Part shown: positions 18,764-28,120 of the stretch, piece after piece
Position numbering within the stretch: the stretch's first letter is position 1
Layout: every line of letters starts with the position of its first letter
Source of the DNA: an uncultured Acidobacteriota bacterium
GTDB lineage: Bacteria > Acidobacteriota > UBA6911 > RPQK01 > JAPXNP01
Direction of reading: 5' to 3'
NCBI GenBank assembly: GCA_963777605.1
Contig: CAVZRV010000030.1
Location: 192,001-256,000 of the forward strand
Length of the DNA: 64,000 bases
Position numbers and translations under genes: made by a program
Notes under the pieces: model-generated
What the model was told of the DNA's origin: nothing
Database searches by the model: none
Seen by the model: the letters and a program-made list of their open reading frames with translations, nothing else

Positions 18764-21229
18764 ATGGCTACCGAGGTTTTGAAAGAACATCAAGTGGAAC
18801 AGATTGCCGACGCTTACCGGCGTTGGGGTTATCTGGAAGCAGACCTGGACTGGCTTGGGCGGCTCCTGCCGGAGCGGCACCCCGAGCTGCTGGACGAAGG
18901 CCCGAAAGCCGAACGGTTTCGTCGGATCTATTGTGGATCGATCGGGATTGAGTTCATGCACATACCCGACCCGAAGCGGCGTCGGTGGATTCAGGATCGG
19001 ATGGAATCGCGTTCCGAGGAGTTCGACCAGGAGCGCGTCCTGGGGTCCCTGATTCGCACCGACCTGCTTGAGCAGGTCCTCCAGACCCGTTACCTGGGCA
19101 ACAAGCGCTTCTCGATCAAGGGCCTCGACTCGCTGGTACCTCTCTTGCAGGAGTCGCTGGAGACGGCTTCCGAACGCGGGGCGAAGCGGGCTATGCTGGC
19201 AATGAGTCACCGGGGCCGGCTCAACGTGGTCACTCACGTGGTGGGACGACCGGCGGAAGAAGTTTTTGCCGGTTTTGAAGACGTCGATCCGAAGAGCACG
19301 CTGGGTGGCGGAGATGTCAAATATCACCTGGGTGCAACCGGAACCTATCAGACCAGGAGCGGTTCCATCGTCCACGTCCACCTGGTTTCGAATCCCAGTC
19401 ACCTGGAAGCGGTGGATCCGGTCGCACTCGGCCGGACCAAGGCTTACCAGACACGGCTCGGCCCGGGCAGCGAGAAGCTGGTCGTTCCGATCCTGATGCA
19501 CGGGGATGCTGCTTTTGCGGGGCAGGGTATTCTGGCGGAGGTTCTGAACCTCTGTTCGCTGGCAGGCTTCACGGTCGGCGGCACCGTCCATGTGATCGTC
19601 AACAATCTGCTCGGGTTCACTGCGAGCCCGGAAGAACTGCATTCGTCCCGGTTCGCTTCGGACGTCGCCAAGCGGGTTCCGATTCCGATTTTGCACGTTA
19701 ACGGCGAAGACCCCGACGCGGTGGTGCGGGCTGCCCGGATCGCCATGGACTACCGCTACGAGTTCGGCAGTGATGTTGTGGTCGACTTGATCGGTTATCG
19801 CCTCTTCGGGCACAGCGAGATCGACGACCCGACAATCACCCAGCCCCTCCTCTACAAGAAGATCGAGAGCCGGAATCCGCTCTGGAAGGACTATGCCGAC
19901 AAGTTGGGACTCACCTCGGAGGACCTGGAGCCCCGGGTGGCGGACTACCGGAAGGAGTTTGAGAAAGCGATCGAAGCGGCAAAGTCGAGAACCAAGCGTC
20001 CGGTGATGCGAGTCCTTCCCGACTATTGGAGTGGCTACTTCGGAGGGCGATATCGTTCGGAATACGAGGTTGAAACAGGTCTGTCCCGGGATCGACTGGC
20101 AGCCTACTCAGACCGGTTGACTACCTGGCCCGAGCATTTCCACGTCCACCCGAAGGTGGAGCGCCTGCTCGAGCAGCGCCGCCAGATGGGTAACGGGGAA
20201 AAGCCGGTGGACTACGGCATGGCGGAGGCCCTCGCTTTTGCCTCGATCGTCGATGAAGGCAATTTCGTTCGCTTGACCGGTCAAGACAGCAGGCGGGGGA
20301 CGTTCAATCACCGTCACAGCTTCCTGATCGACATCGAGGACGGCTCGGAGTACTGTCCGCTCAAGAACATCTCTGAAGGACAGGGCGAATTCGACAGCTA
20401 TGATTCGATGCTTTCCGAGGCGGCCGTTCTCGGGTTCGAGTACGGTGTGAGCCGGGATTATCCCGGCGGACTGGTCCTTTGGGAAGCCCAGTTCGGTGAT
20501 TTCGCCAACGGCGCCCAGGTGATCATCGACCAGTTTATCGTCGCGGCCGAGGACAAGTGGGAGCTGCTCTCTGGATTGGTGATGCTCCTCCCCCACGGTT
20601 ATGAGGGACAGGGGCCGGAGCACTCGAGCGCAAGGATCGAACGATTCCTGCAGCTGGCGGCCCGTGACAACGTCCAGATCGCGCAGCCTTCGACGGCCGG
20701 CCAGTACTTTCACCTGCTTCGCCGCCAGATCGGCAGGAAATGGCGCAAGCCGCTGATCGTTTTTACGCCGAAGAGCATGTTGCGGCATCCCAGTGCTGCC
20801 TCACCGATATCGGAACTCGAGGCACCGCGGTTTCAGCCTGTGCGTTCCGACCCTGCGGCCCAGGAAGTCAGCCGCGTCCTTCTCTGCACCGGCAAAATCG
20901 GTCACGAACTGACCAGGGAGCGGGACGCCCGTAAGGAATTGTCCACGGCAATTGTTTACCTCGACCAGCTCTATCCCTTCCCGGAGGCGGAACTGAGAGA
21001 AGAACTGTCGCGCCACCCGTCCCTGTCCGAAGTAGTCTGGGTACAGGAGGAGCCGGCCAACATGGGAGCGTTGTTTTTCGTGGAACCGAAGATTCGCCGT
21101 GTCATCGGATCGAAGGCGTTCCGGTCGGTCAAGCGCAGCGCGACTGCGACGCCGGCGACGGGTTCGGCCAAAGCTCACCAGGTGGAACAGAAGACACTGC
21201 TCACGCTGGCGTTTGCTCATCTGGGCTGA
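18764..21229 (+). CDS. sucA: 2-oxoglutarate dehydrogenase E1 component (short, 821 aa)
   Basis: MSHRGRLN, GDVKYHLG, NPSHLE, HGDAAFAGQG (ThDP), GQDSRRGTF, WEAQFGDF, PHGYEGQGPEHSSAR, WVQEEPANMG. Confidence 0.95.
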   Translation: MATEVLKEHQVEQIADAYRRWGYLEADLDWLGRLLPERHPELLDEGPKAERFRRIYCGSIGIEFMHIPDPKRRRWIQDRMESRSEEFDQERVLGSLIRTDLLEQVLQTRYLGNKRFSIKGLDSLVPLLQESLETASERGAKRAMLAMSHRGRLNVVTHVVGRPAEEVFAGFEDVDPKSTLGGGDVKYHLGATGTYQTRSGSIVHVHLVSNPSHLEAVDPVALGRTKAYQTRLGPGSEKLVVPILMHGDAAFAGQGILAEVLNLCSLAGFTVGGTVHVIVNNLLGFTASPEELHSSRFASDVAKRVPIPILHVNGEDPDAVVRAARIAMDYRYEFGSDVVVDLIGYRLFGHSEIDDPTITQPLLYKKIESRNPLWKDYADKLGLTSEDLEPRVADYRKEFEKAIEAAKSRTKRPVMRVLPDYWSGYFGGRYRSEYEVETGLSRDRLAAYSDRLTTWPEHFHVHPKVERLLEQRRQMGNGEKPVDYGMAEALAFASIVDEGNFVRLTGQDSRRGTFNHRHSFLIDIEDGSEYCPLKNISEGQGEFDSYDSMLSEAAVLGFEYGVSRDYPGGLVLWEAQFGDFANGAQVIIDQFIVAAEDKWELLSGLVMLLPHGYEGQGPEHSSARIERFLQLAARDNVQIAQPSTAGQYFHLLRRQIGRKWRKPLIVFTPKSMLRHPSAASPISELEAPRFQPVRSDPAAQEVSRVLLCTGKIGHELTRERDARKELSTAIVYLDQLYPFPEAELREELSRHPSLSEVVWVQEEPANMGALFFVEPKIRRVIGSKAFRSVKRSATATPATGSAKAHQVEQKTLLTLAFAHLG

Positions 21230-22211
21230 GCTGGAACCGGTTCTGGACGAACTGAATCTGAGGTGTTCCCGTACCCGCCTCGAAGGCGTCCGGGTCCTTC
21301 CCAATGAGCCGCAGTGGGTTGTCAAACCCGATGGTTCGGAGTTCCATCTCGTCGAGGATGCCGATTCCCGCGAGCACGTTCATGCACTCAAGGATCGTTG
21401 CGCTTGAGCCGACCAGGTGATTCCCCACCGGGTTCCAAAGCCGCCCCGAGGGCTCCAGGATGACATCCTGCCCGAGGGTGGTGTACTTCCCCGAAGGCAT
21501 TCCGGCGATGGGAGCCGAGTCGCTGACCACCAGGGTCTTTGCAGCGCCCCTCGCCTGGACAACCGATCGAATCAGGGTCTCGGGAACGTGATGGCTGTCG
21601 GTGATCAACATGAGCTTGAGGCGGTCCTCAGCCAGTTGATCCCAGAGAGGGTTGGGATGACGGGGCAGCATGTTGGGAATGCCGTTACCGAAGTGAGTCG
21701 ATGCTTCCGCTCCTGCATCACAGGCGGTGCGGATTTCGGGGTACGATGCCAGGTGGTGGCCGAGTGATACCTGCGCGCCGGTCCGCCGGATGTGGTGGAT
21801 GAGGTGCTCGCTGCCCGGAAGTTCGGGTGCCAGCGTGACCAGGGCGATACGATCATTGGCCCACTCCCGAAGGCGGTCGTAGAAGTCGATGTCGGGCAGC
21901 CGTGTCGCCGACTTCGGATGAGCGCCGCGGGCCCCATCCAGTGGCGAAATGAAGGGGCCCTCGAGGTGGATGCCGAGCAGGCTGTCGGCCATTTGAGGAT
22001 CTTCCATCGCGCGGGCGAGGACGGGGAGGTTCTCCCGATAGATCGCCAGGTCTGAGGTGATCACGGTCGGACAGTAGGCTGCGGTGCCCCGTTTGCGGAG
22101 TGCGCCGGTTACCCGGGCCACGGCGTCGACGGTGAGTCCGGGCGCGGAAAAATCGGTTCCGAGAAAGCCGTTGACCTGCAGGTCTATGAATCCGGTCAGA
22201 GCTGATGACAT
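21201..22211 (-). CDS. nagA: N-acetylglucosamine-6-phosphate deacetylase family amidohydrolase
   Basis: GFIDLQVNG, GIHLEGPFIS, GAHP, VTLAPE, SLGH, THFGNG; start set at ATG 22211. Confidence 0.85.
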   Translation of the reverse strand: MSSALTGFIDLQVNGFLGTDFSAPGLTVDAVARVTGALRKRGTAAYCPTVITSDLAIYRENLPVLARAMEDPQMADSLLGIHLEGPFISPLDGARGAHPKSATRLPDIDFYDRLREWANDRIALVTLAPELPGSEHLIHHIRRTGAQVSLGHHLASYPEIRTACDAGAEASTHFGNGIPNMLPRHPNPLWDQLAEDRLKLMLITDSHHVPETLIRSVVQARGAAKTLVVSDSAPIAGMPSGKYTTLGQDVILEPSGRLWNPVGNHLVGSSATILECMNVLAGIGILDEMELRTIGFDNPLRLIGKDPDAFEAGTGTPQIQFVQNRFQLSPDEQTPA

Positions 22212-22336
22212 CGCGTTCCCTTTCGGCAATCTTCGCTGCTTGACTTTACGGGGCATTCTAACCGTTTCTCGGAATCAGTGGTTACTGGAACGCGGGAACT
22301 CCACATCGTCCGGGCTCTCGTGTATATTGCGACTTC

Positions 22337-24034
22337 GTGAATATCTCAACCGCTGACTGGATTGTCCTGGTTGCCTACCTGATTGTGGTCGCTACGATCG
22401 GCTTGATCGCCGGGCTGAAGGTACGCAACACGGATCATTACTTTCTCGGAGGCCGTAAGTTTGGGAAGTGGCTGATGATCGGCCAGAGCTTCGGAATCGG
22501 TACCCACGCCGAAATGCCGGTATCCCTGGCTGGAGCCGTCTACAGCACCGGAATGTCGGGGATCTGGTTTCACTGGAAGAACCTGTTTGCGACCCCTTTC
22601 TACTGGATCATGGCCCCCGTCTTTCGCCGGATCCGCCGGACCACGATCGCGGAGTTGACCGAAGACCGCTACGGGGCCTGGATGGGGGGAGTCTACACGG
22701 TCTTCGCCCTCGCCTATTTCACTCTCAACACGGCCAGCATGCTCAAGGGGGCGGCCAAGGTGATCAACCAGGCGGGGGGGGGTGACATTGGGGTCAACAA
22801 CATCGTGATCGCGATGACGGTCATCTTCATCCTCTACAGTTTCGTCGGGGGACTCATCGCGACCGCCTGGACCGACTTCTTCCAGGGGTTCCTGATCATC
22901 GCACTCTCCTTCATGCTGGTTCCATTGGGATGGTCGGCCGTAGGGGGGCTGGGAGGAATGAAAGAAACTCTGGATGGGTACATGTTCTCTCTTTCCGCCC
23001 CGGAAGGCATCACCGTGTGGGTCATTGTCATGCTGACGGTCAACGGCCTGATCGGCATCATGGCCCAGCCACACATGCTGGCCGCGGTGGGAACCGGCAA
23101 GGACGAGAACACCTGCCGGATCGGTTTCTACTACGGCAACTACGTGAAGCGAATCTGCACCGTGGGCTGGGCGCTTGTCGGAATTATCGTCGCCGTAATG
23201 GTGGCCCGCGGCATGTTCGGAATCGATTCCCTGAACGATCCCGAGGACGCGTTTGGATTTGCCTGTCGCCACCTGCTCTTTCCCGGGTCGCTCGGGCTGT
23301 TGATTGCCAGTATCCTGGCCGCCAACATGTCCACCTGCTCGGCATTCATGGTCGATAGCGGAGCGCTCTTCACCGAGGGACTGTTTCGCAAGCACCTGGC
23401 TCAGGGGCGGTCCGACGGTTACTATCTCTGGGTTGGCCGGATCAGTGGCTTCGTGGTCACCATGTTCGGTGTCCTCTACGCGCTCTTCCTGATTGACCGG
23501 GTGCTTTACTCTTTTCTTCTTACCGAGACACTCGCCACCTACATGGGAGTCAGCCTCCTCGGCGGAATTTTCTGGCGCCGAGCGAATCGCTGGGGCGCCA
23601 TTGCCAGCATGATTGTCGCCTTGATTGTCAATTTCGGACTCTACGCTGCAATGGGAGAGCGTTTGGACAGTTGGGACGCCAACGTGTTCCTGGCGGCATT
23701 GCTTTCGGGGATTGTGACCCTGGTCGTGGTCAGCCTGTTGACTCCGGAGGAGAATCGGGACCAGCTCAGTTCCTTTTTCGGGCGGTTGGATACTCCGGCT
23801 GACGGGGGCGAGTCCGACGAACATGCCGATTTGCCGGAGCCGTCGTCCGAAGACGTCCGGGCCAACGCGGAATCGGGCCGGCAACTGCTCCTGGTCAATC
23901 TGCTCCGTCCTCGTAAGGGAGCGGCAGGAGTTCCTTTCATGCGGGCGTTCTCGCACGATCTGCGTGGATTCGTGATCGGCTGGGGTCTTGCGATTGGGCT
24001 GGTGTTGATCACCTGGATCTTTCTCAAATTCTGA
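22337..24034 (+). CDS. Sodium:solute symporter (SSF) family transporter
   Basis: YFLGGR, YSFVGGLIATAWTD, ASILAANMST, FWRRANRWGA; about 13-14 TMs. Confidence 0.9.
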   Translation: MNISTADWIVLVAYLIVVATIGLIAGLKVRNTDHYFLGGRKFGKWLMIGQSFGIGTHAEMPVSLAGAVYSTGMSGIWFHWKNLFATPFYWIMAPVFRRIRRTTIAELTEDRYGAWMGGVYTVFALAYFTLNTASMLKGAAKVINQAGGGDIGVNNIVIAMTVIFILYSFVGGLIATAWTDFFQGFLIIALSFMLVPLGWSAVGGLGGMKETLDGYMFSLSAPEGITVWVIVMLTVNGLIGIMAQPHMLAAVGTGKDENTCRIGFYYGNYVKRICTVGWALVGIIVAVMVARGMFGIDSLNDPEDAFGFACRHLLFPGSLGLLIASILAANMSTCSAFMVDSGALFTEGLFRKHLAQGRSDGYYLWVGRISGFVVTMFGVLYALFLIDRVLYSFLLTETLATYMGVSLLGGIFWRRANRWGAIASMIVALIVNFGLYAAMGERLDSWDANVFLAALLSGIVTLVVVSLLTPEENRDQLSSFFGRLDTPADGGESDEHADLPEPSSEDVRANAESGRQLLLVNLLRPRKGAAGVPFMRAFSHDLRGFVIGWGLAIGLVLITWIFLKF

Positions 24035-24061
24035 GGCCGTGACCGGATTATGGAGTTCTGA

Positions 24062-25003
24062 ATGGGCATCATGAGAGGTCTGGTCTCGCAGCAACTCCTT
24101 CGTCTCATTGCCCGTTCACTGGCCCCGCTGACCCTGGTAGGGGCCATCGTTGCGTTGCTGCATCCGTCGGTATTCCTGATTTTCGGTGACTCGTTTCTCT
24201 GGTTTTTTGCGGCGACCATGCTGGCGCTGGGCGTCGTGCTGGAGCCCTCGGAGTTTGTGGACACGATCAAGCGACCGCGGGAAATTACGCTTGGGATCCT
24301 GACTCAGTTCACCGTGATGCCCCTCCTCGGATTCCTGGCCGCCTGGTACGGAGGGTTGAGCCCGGGAGTCGCTCTAGGTTTTGTGATTGTCGGGTGTGCA
24401 CCAGGTGCGATGGCGAGTAACGTGGTGGTTTACCTGGCAGGCGGCGCCGTTGCCTATTCGGTGACCCTGACCAGCGTTGCAACCTTCCTGTCTCCCGTTC
24501 TCACGCCACTCCTGGTGGAGTGGTTGGGGGGGGCCTTCCTGCCGATTCCATTCTGGCCGATGATGTTGACGATTCTCTGGACCGTGCTTCTCCCGCTCCT
24601 CTTGGGGATGATCATCCGGAGGCGGCTGGGTCGGACGGCGGCCGTGGTAGGTGAACTGGCTCCGGTGGTTGCGGTGGTCTCAATCGTGGTAATAATCGGG
24701 TACGCGGTAGCTGCCAATCAGGCCCGCCTTCTCACAGTCGGCATTCGGGTATTCGCCCTCGTGGTGCTCGTCAACGGCTTGGGCTACGTTCTTGGATGGT
24801 ATCTGGGGGGGCTGTACGGGTTCAATCGACGATACCGACTGACTTTGATGATCGAGATAGGGATGCAGAACGCCGGTCTCGGTGTCGCCCTGGCGCTGCG
24901 GCATTTTGGGCCGGAAACGGCGATGCCGGGCGCGCTGTTTGCGACCTGGTGCATTCTGACTGCGGCGCTGGCTTCTGCATTGTTCAAGAGAAAGGTTGTC
25001 TGA
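24062..25003 (+). CDS. Bile acid:sodium symporter (BASS) family transporter
   Basis: QFTVMPLLG, GCAPGAMASNV, IEIGMQNAGLG. Confidence 0.9.
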   Translation: MGIMRGLVSQQLLRLIARSLAPLTLVGAIVALLHPSVFLIFGDSFLWFFAATMLALGVVLEPSEFVDTIKRPREITLGILTQFTVMPLLGFLAAWYGGLSPGVALGFVIVGCAPGAMASNVVVYLAGGAVAYSVTLTSVATFLSPVLTPLLVEWLGGAFLPIPFWPMMLTILWTVLLPLLLGMIIRRRLGRTAAVVGELAPVVAVVSIVVIIGYAVAANQARLLTVGIRVFALVVLVNGLGYVLGWYLGGLYGFNRRYRLTLMIEIGMQNAGLGVALALRHFGPETAMPGALFATWCILTAALASALFKRKVV

Positions 25004-25821
25004 TGGAGACTGGGAAAGAAAATCGAAGAGTGCTGGCGGTCGGGGCTCATCCCGACGATGTTGAGTTTCTGTGTTCCGGGACCCTGGCACAGTTGAAGGA
25101 ACTGGGATATGAGTTGCACGTTGCAACGCTGACTCCGGGGGACTGCGGGTCGAAAGAATGGAATCCGGAAGAAATCAGCCGGATTCGCCGGGGAGAAGCC
25201 GAAGAAGCGTGCCGGCTGCTTGGCGCAACCTATCGCTGTCTCGAGTTCAGGGATCTTTGTATCTTTTACAACGAAGAGGGGTTACGGAAGGTGACCGGAT
25301 TCGTGAGAGAGGTGAACCCCTGGCTGGTATTTACGCACCCTCCCCATGACTACATGGTCGATCACGAGATGACCAGCCGCCTCGTGCGCACGGCCTGCTT
25401 TGGCGCTCCTGCCCCGAACTTCGAGGTTGCGCCGTCGGTAGTGCCGGCGCCGGATGCTGCCGTACCCGCCCTGCTTTACGGCTCGCCGGTCGAAAGCATC
25501 GACATTCTCGGAAACCGGGTGGTTCCTCATTTCTACGTCGATGTCACGGACCGGATTAAGCAGAAGGAAGGGCTGCTGGCCTGTCATGCGAGCCAGCGGA
25601 ACTGGCTGAAGGCTCACCATGGAATCGACGAGTATCTGGAGAGCCTGCGGCGTTGGGACCGGACGCGGGGAGCCGAGGCGTCAAAGGTAGCGGGACGCAA
25701 GATCGAATACGCCGAGGCGTTCCTGCAGCACCGGGGGCATGCCTACCCGGCGGAGAATCCGCTGAAGGAACTCCTCGGCAATCGCGTCATCGAAGCGCCG
25801 GCCGCCGACCGAGGACACTAG
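25003..25821 (+). CDS. PIG-L/LmbE family deacetylase
   Basis: LAVGAHPDDVE, GDCGS, DYMVDHE, ACHASQ; ATG 25003 overlaps the upstream TGA (TGATG). Confidence 0.88.
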   Translation: METGKENRRVLAVGAHPDDVEFLCSGTLAQLKELGYELHVATLTPGDCGSKEWNPEEISRIRRGEAEEACRLLGATYRCLEFRDLCIFYNEEGLRKVTGFVREVNPWLVFTHPPHDYMVDHEMTSRLVRTACFGAPAPNFEVAPSVVPAPDAAVPALLYGSPVESIDILGNRVVPHFYVDVTDRIKQKEGLLACHASQRNWLKAHHGIDEYLESLRRWDRTRGAEASKVAGRKIEYAEAFLQHRGHAYPAENPLKELLGNRVIEAPAADRGH

Positions 25822-26783
25822 GCATTCGGTGACGGGTAGGTAAACAGAGGCGGCCGCGATTGAGCCATCTGCTTGATCCTGGTGATCGCCTCGTTGTCGA
25901 GCGGTTTGAAGTTCACCGCCAGTCGGAGAGCCATCTTGAACAGGTTTTCGTCTCCGGGCGGAACCGCAGCCGCAATCGGGTGGGACAGGGTAAAGTAGAG
26001 GCCCAGCCGTGCTTCGTTCTCGTCCGACAACGGCTCGTACCAGCACTTTGGGAAGCGTCGTTCCGCCCCTTCCGGCCAGGGTTGTTTCGCCATCGCCTTA
26101 AGTGCGAGAATTCCGGCTCCGTTCTCGCGGGCTTTCTCGAGCACCTGGGGACCGAAGTTTCCGGAATTCCAGGTCCCGTAATTGAACGGGAACAGGATCG
26201 TATCGTAACGGAATCCGTTCAGCAGCGTCAGGGCTGCCTCTACGGAGTGGGCAGAGAACCCGATGAAGCGGATCTTGCCCTGCTTGCGGGCCTGCTGAAA
26301 GGCTTCCAGCGCCCCGTTGGGACCCAGGATCTGTTTGGCTTCCGCCACCGAGGTGACGGCGTGCATCTGGTACAGGTCAAAGTGATCGGTACGCAGGCGC
26401 TTCAGGGAACCTTCCAACGCCTTGAGTGCTCCCGCCTTGTCCCGAGCCTCGGTTTTGCAGGCTAGAAAGACATTCTTTCGATACGGTTCGAGTGCCGGTC
26501 CCAGCATCTGCTCGGCGTTACCGTAAGTTGGGGCAACGTCAAAGTAGTTAACCCCGTAGTCAATGGCTTCGGCGACCCGATCAGCAGCCTGGCCCGTGGT
26601 GGCGTTCATCACCACAATACCGCCGAACCCGATCATGGAGATCATCTCTCCGGTCTTGCCAAGTGACCGTTTCTCGATCTGTCCGGATCCCGCCTGGCGT
26701 GCCAGGCCGGATAGTCCGGCAGGAAAGCAGCTCAGCATTGCGGTCGCCGCCGATGTCTTGATGAAGTTTCTACGATCTAGCAT
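25818..26783 (-). CDS. Tat-exported aldo/keto reductase
   Basis: Tat signal DRRNFIK; NYFDVAPTYG, LACKT, DLYQMH, RFIGFSAH. Confidence 0.9.
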   Translation of the reverse strand: MLDRRNFIKTSAATAMLSCFPAGLSGLARQAGSGQIEKRSLGKTGEMISMIGFGGIVVMNATTGQAADRVAEAIDYGVNYFDVAPTYGNAEQMLGPALEPYRKNVFLACKTEARDKAGALKALEGSLKRLRTDHFDLYQMHAVTSVAEAKQILGPNGALEAFQQARKQGKIRFIGFSAHSVEAALTLLNGFRYDTILFPFNYGTWNSGNFGPQVLEKARENGAGILALKAMAKQPWPEGAERRFPKCWYEPLSDENEARLGLYFTLSHPIAAAVPPGDENLFKMALRLAVNFKPLDNEAITRIKQMAQSRPPLFTYPSPNA

Positions 26784-26856
26784 CTCCCCTTCCTTTCATA
26801 CGATGTGAACACCTTCGATTCTATCGCGGGCAGTTCTTGTCTGCTATAGTGGCGAA

Positions 26857-27477
26857 ATGCCTCGCCCCTTTCTGCTGCTCGCTTGCGTGTCCGTTCTTTG
26901 TTCGGCTAACGCTGCACTCGTGAGGGCCGGGTCCTGCGGAGACTGCAAGGCTGAGGCTGCTTCTCTCATGCGAAAGGACCTGCCCAACGACTTTCCGTTC
27001 CAGGTATTCGACGCGGGGTTTGCGGTCCTCCGAATCCGGTTCGTGAACCAGTCGGGCGCGCCGGTACAGCTCGACCCCGCTGCCATGGAGGTCTACAGCC
27101 CGAAGAAGAAACAGCTCAAGACGGCCGAGCCGACTGAAATCGCGCCGAAGATCCTGAAGTACTACCATGGTTCGGGACCGGTTCCCCTGCACGGTGATGT
27201 CACCTACGGGAATCCTTATCCTTCCTCCTATCCGAATCCCAACATTGCACATGCGAGAGGGATGTCCCGCAGCGGCACGGTCAACCCGGGTGCCGGTAAG
27301 CTGGATGCCGGAACCGGCCCTGCTCTGAGAGATAAGCTCGAGGAGTACAGACTCAAGCCGGTCACCGTCGAGCCTGGCGGTGAAGTCGAAGGGTTCATCT
27401 ACCTGAAAAGCAAGCACAGCGGTCACGCCCTTGCCGGCGGGTGGGTGGTCGTTGACGGTCAAAAGGTCGGATTCTGA
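26857..27477 (+). CDS. Hypothetical secreted protein
   Basis: Signal peptide; beta-rich domain ending VEPGGEVEGFIY; extended -10 (TGCTATAGT) 6 nt upstream. Confidence 0.7.
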   Translation: MPRPFLLLACVSVLCSANAALVRAGSCGDCKAEAASLMRKDLPNDFPFQVFDAGFAVLRIRFVNQSGAPVQLDPAAMEVYSPKKKQLKTAEPTEIAPKILKYYHGSGPVPLHGDVTYGNPYPSSYPNPNIAHARGMSRSGTVNPGAGKLDAGTGPALRDKLEEYRLKPVTVEPGGEVEGFIYLKSKHSGHALAGGWVVVDGQKVGF

Positions 27478-27492
27478 AGGAAGGATCGCAGC

Positions 27493-27927
27493 GTGGCGGC
27501 AACACTCGATTCAATCTGGATCAAGCGAGCTCACCGGGGGCCCATGGATCCGGTCCAGTCCTGCCGTGCACTATCCAGCCGTGGACTTGAAGGCAATGCC
27601 GACCAGGGTGGAAGGCGCCAGGTTACGGTCGTGGAAAGTGAAGTGTTCGATCAGGTCAGTGGTGAACTTGGCCGGTCGGTTGACCCCATTGTCCGCCGCG
27701 CAAACCTGCTCATTTCCGGGGTGGCCCTTGCCGAAAGCCGGGGGCGAATCCTTCGAGTCGGTGACTTGCGTCTCGAAATTGCCGGAGAGACGAGGCCGTG
27801 TGAGCGAATGGACGAAGCCGTCCCCGGCCTCAGAAAGGCTCTCGGCCCGGAGTGGCGCGGCGGCGCCTACGGGATCGTGCTCAACGACTGCGTTATTCAA
27901 ACCGGCGACCCTGTTTTCTGGGAATAG
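27493..27927 (+). CDS. MOSC domain protein
   Basis: RGLEGNAD, RQVT, RRANLLISG, ETRPCERMD, WRGG. Confidence 0.88.
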   Translation: MAATLDSIWIKRAHRGPMDPVQSCRALSSRGLEGNADQGGRRQVTVVESEVFDQVSGELGRSVDPIVRRANLLISGVALAESRGRILRVGDLRLEIAGETRPCERMDEAVPGLRKALGPEWRGGAYGIVLNDCVIQTGDPVFWE

Positions 27928-28024
27928 CGTCCAAAGCGGTTCTCACTCCCTTCTTGATTTCTCCGCGTTTCTGCAGCTTTGTTGATAACTCGCTGTCTTT
28001 TTGAGGCTTAGCGACTTTTTTCTC

Positions 28025-28052
28025 TAAAGGAAGTGACGGCTCGCGCCGATCA
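28025..28052 (+). promoter_or_regulatory. sigma28 (FliA/SigD)-type promoter of MCP 1
   Basis: TAAAGG-N14-GCCGATCA upstream of an MCP; same layout at 54791. Confidence 0.75.
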
Positions 28053-28120
28053 GAATAGCCAGAAGGGAACGGACATCAGTCCGGAGTGAAGGCGCTTGAA
28101 GTTTCTGGAGGTAGGGAAAG

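Noticed and set aside
22774-22782. G9 tract in the SSS gene (also G8 at 24526-24533 in BASS) as phase-variation switches
   Set aside because: Both are in frame and encode Gly-rich segments of transporters in a GC-rich genome; there is no evidence of length variation.
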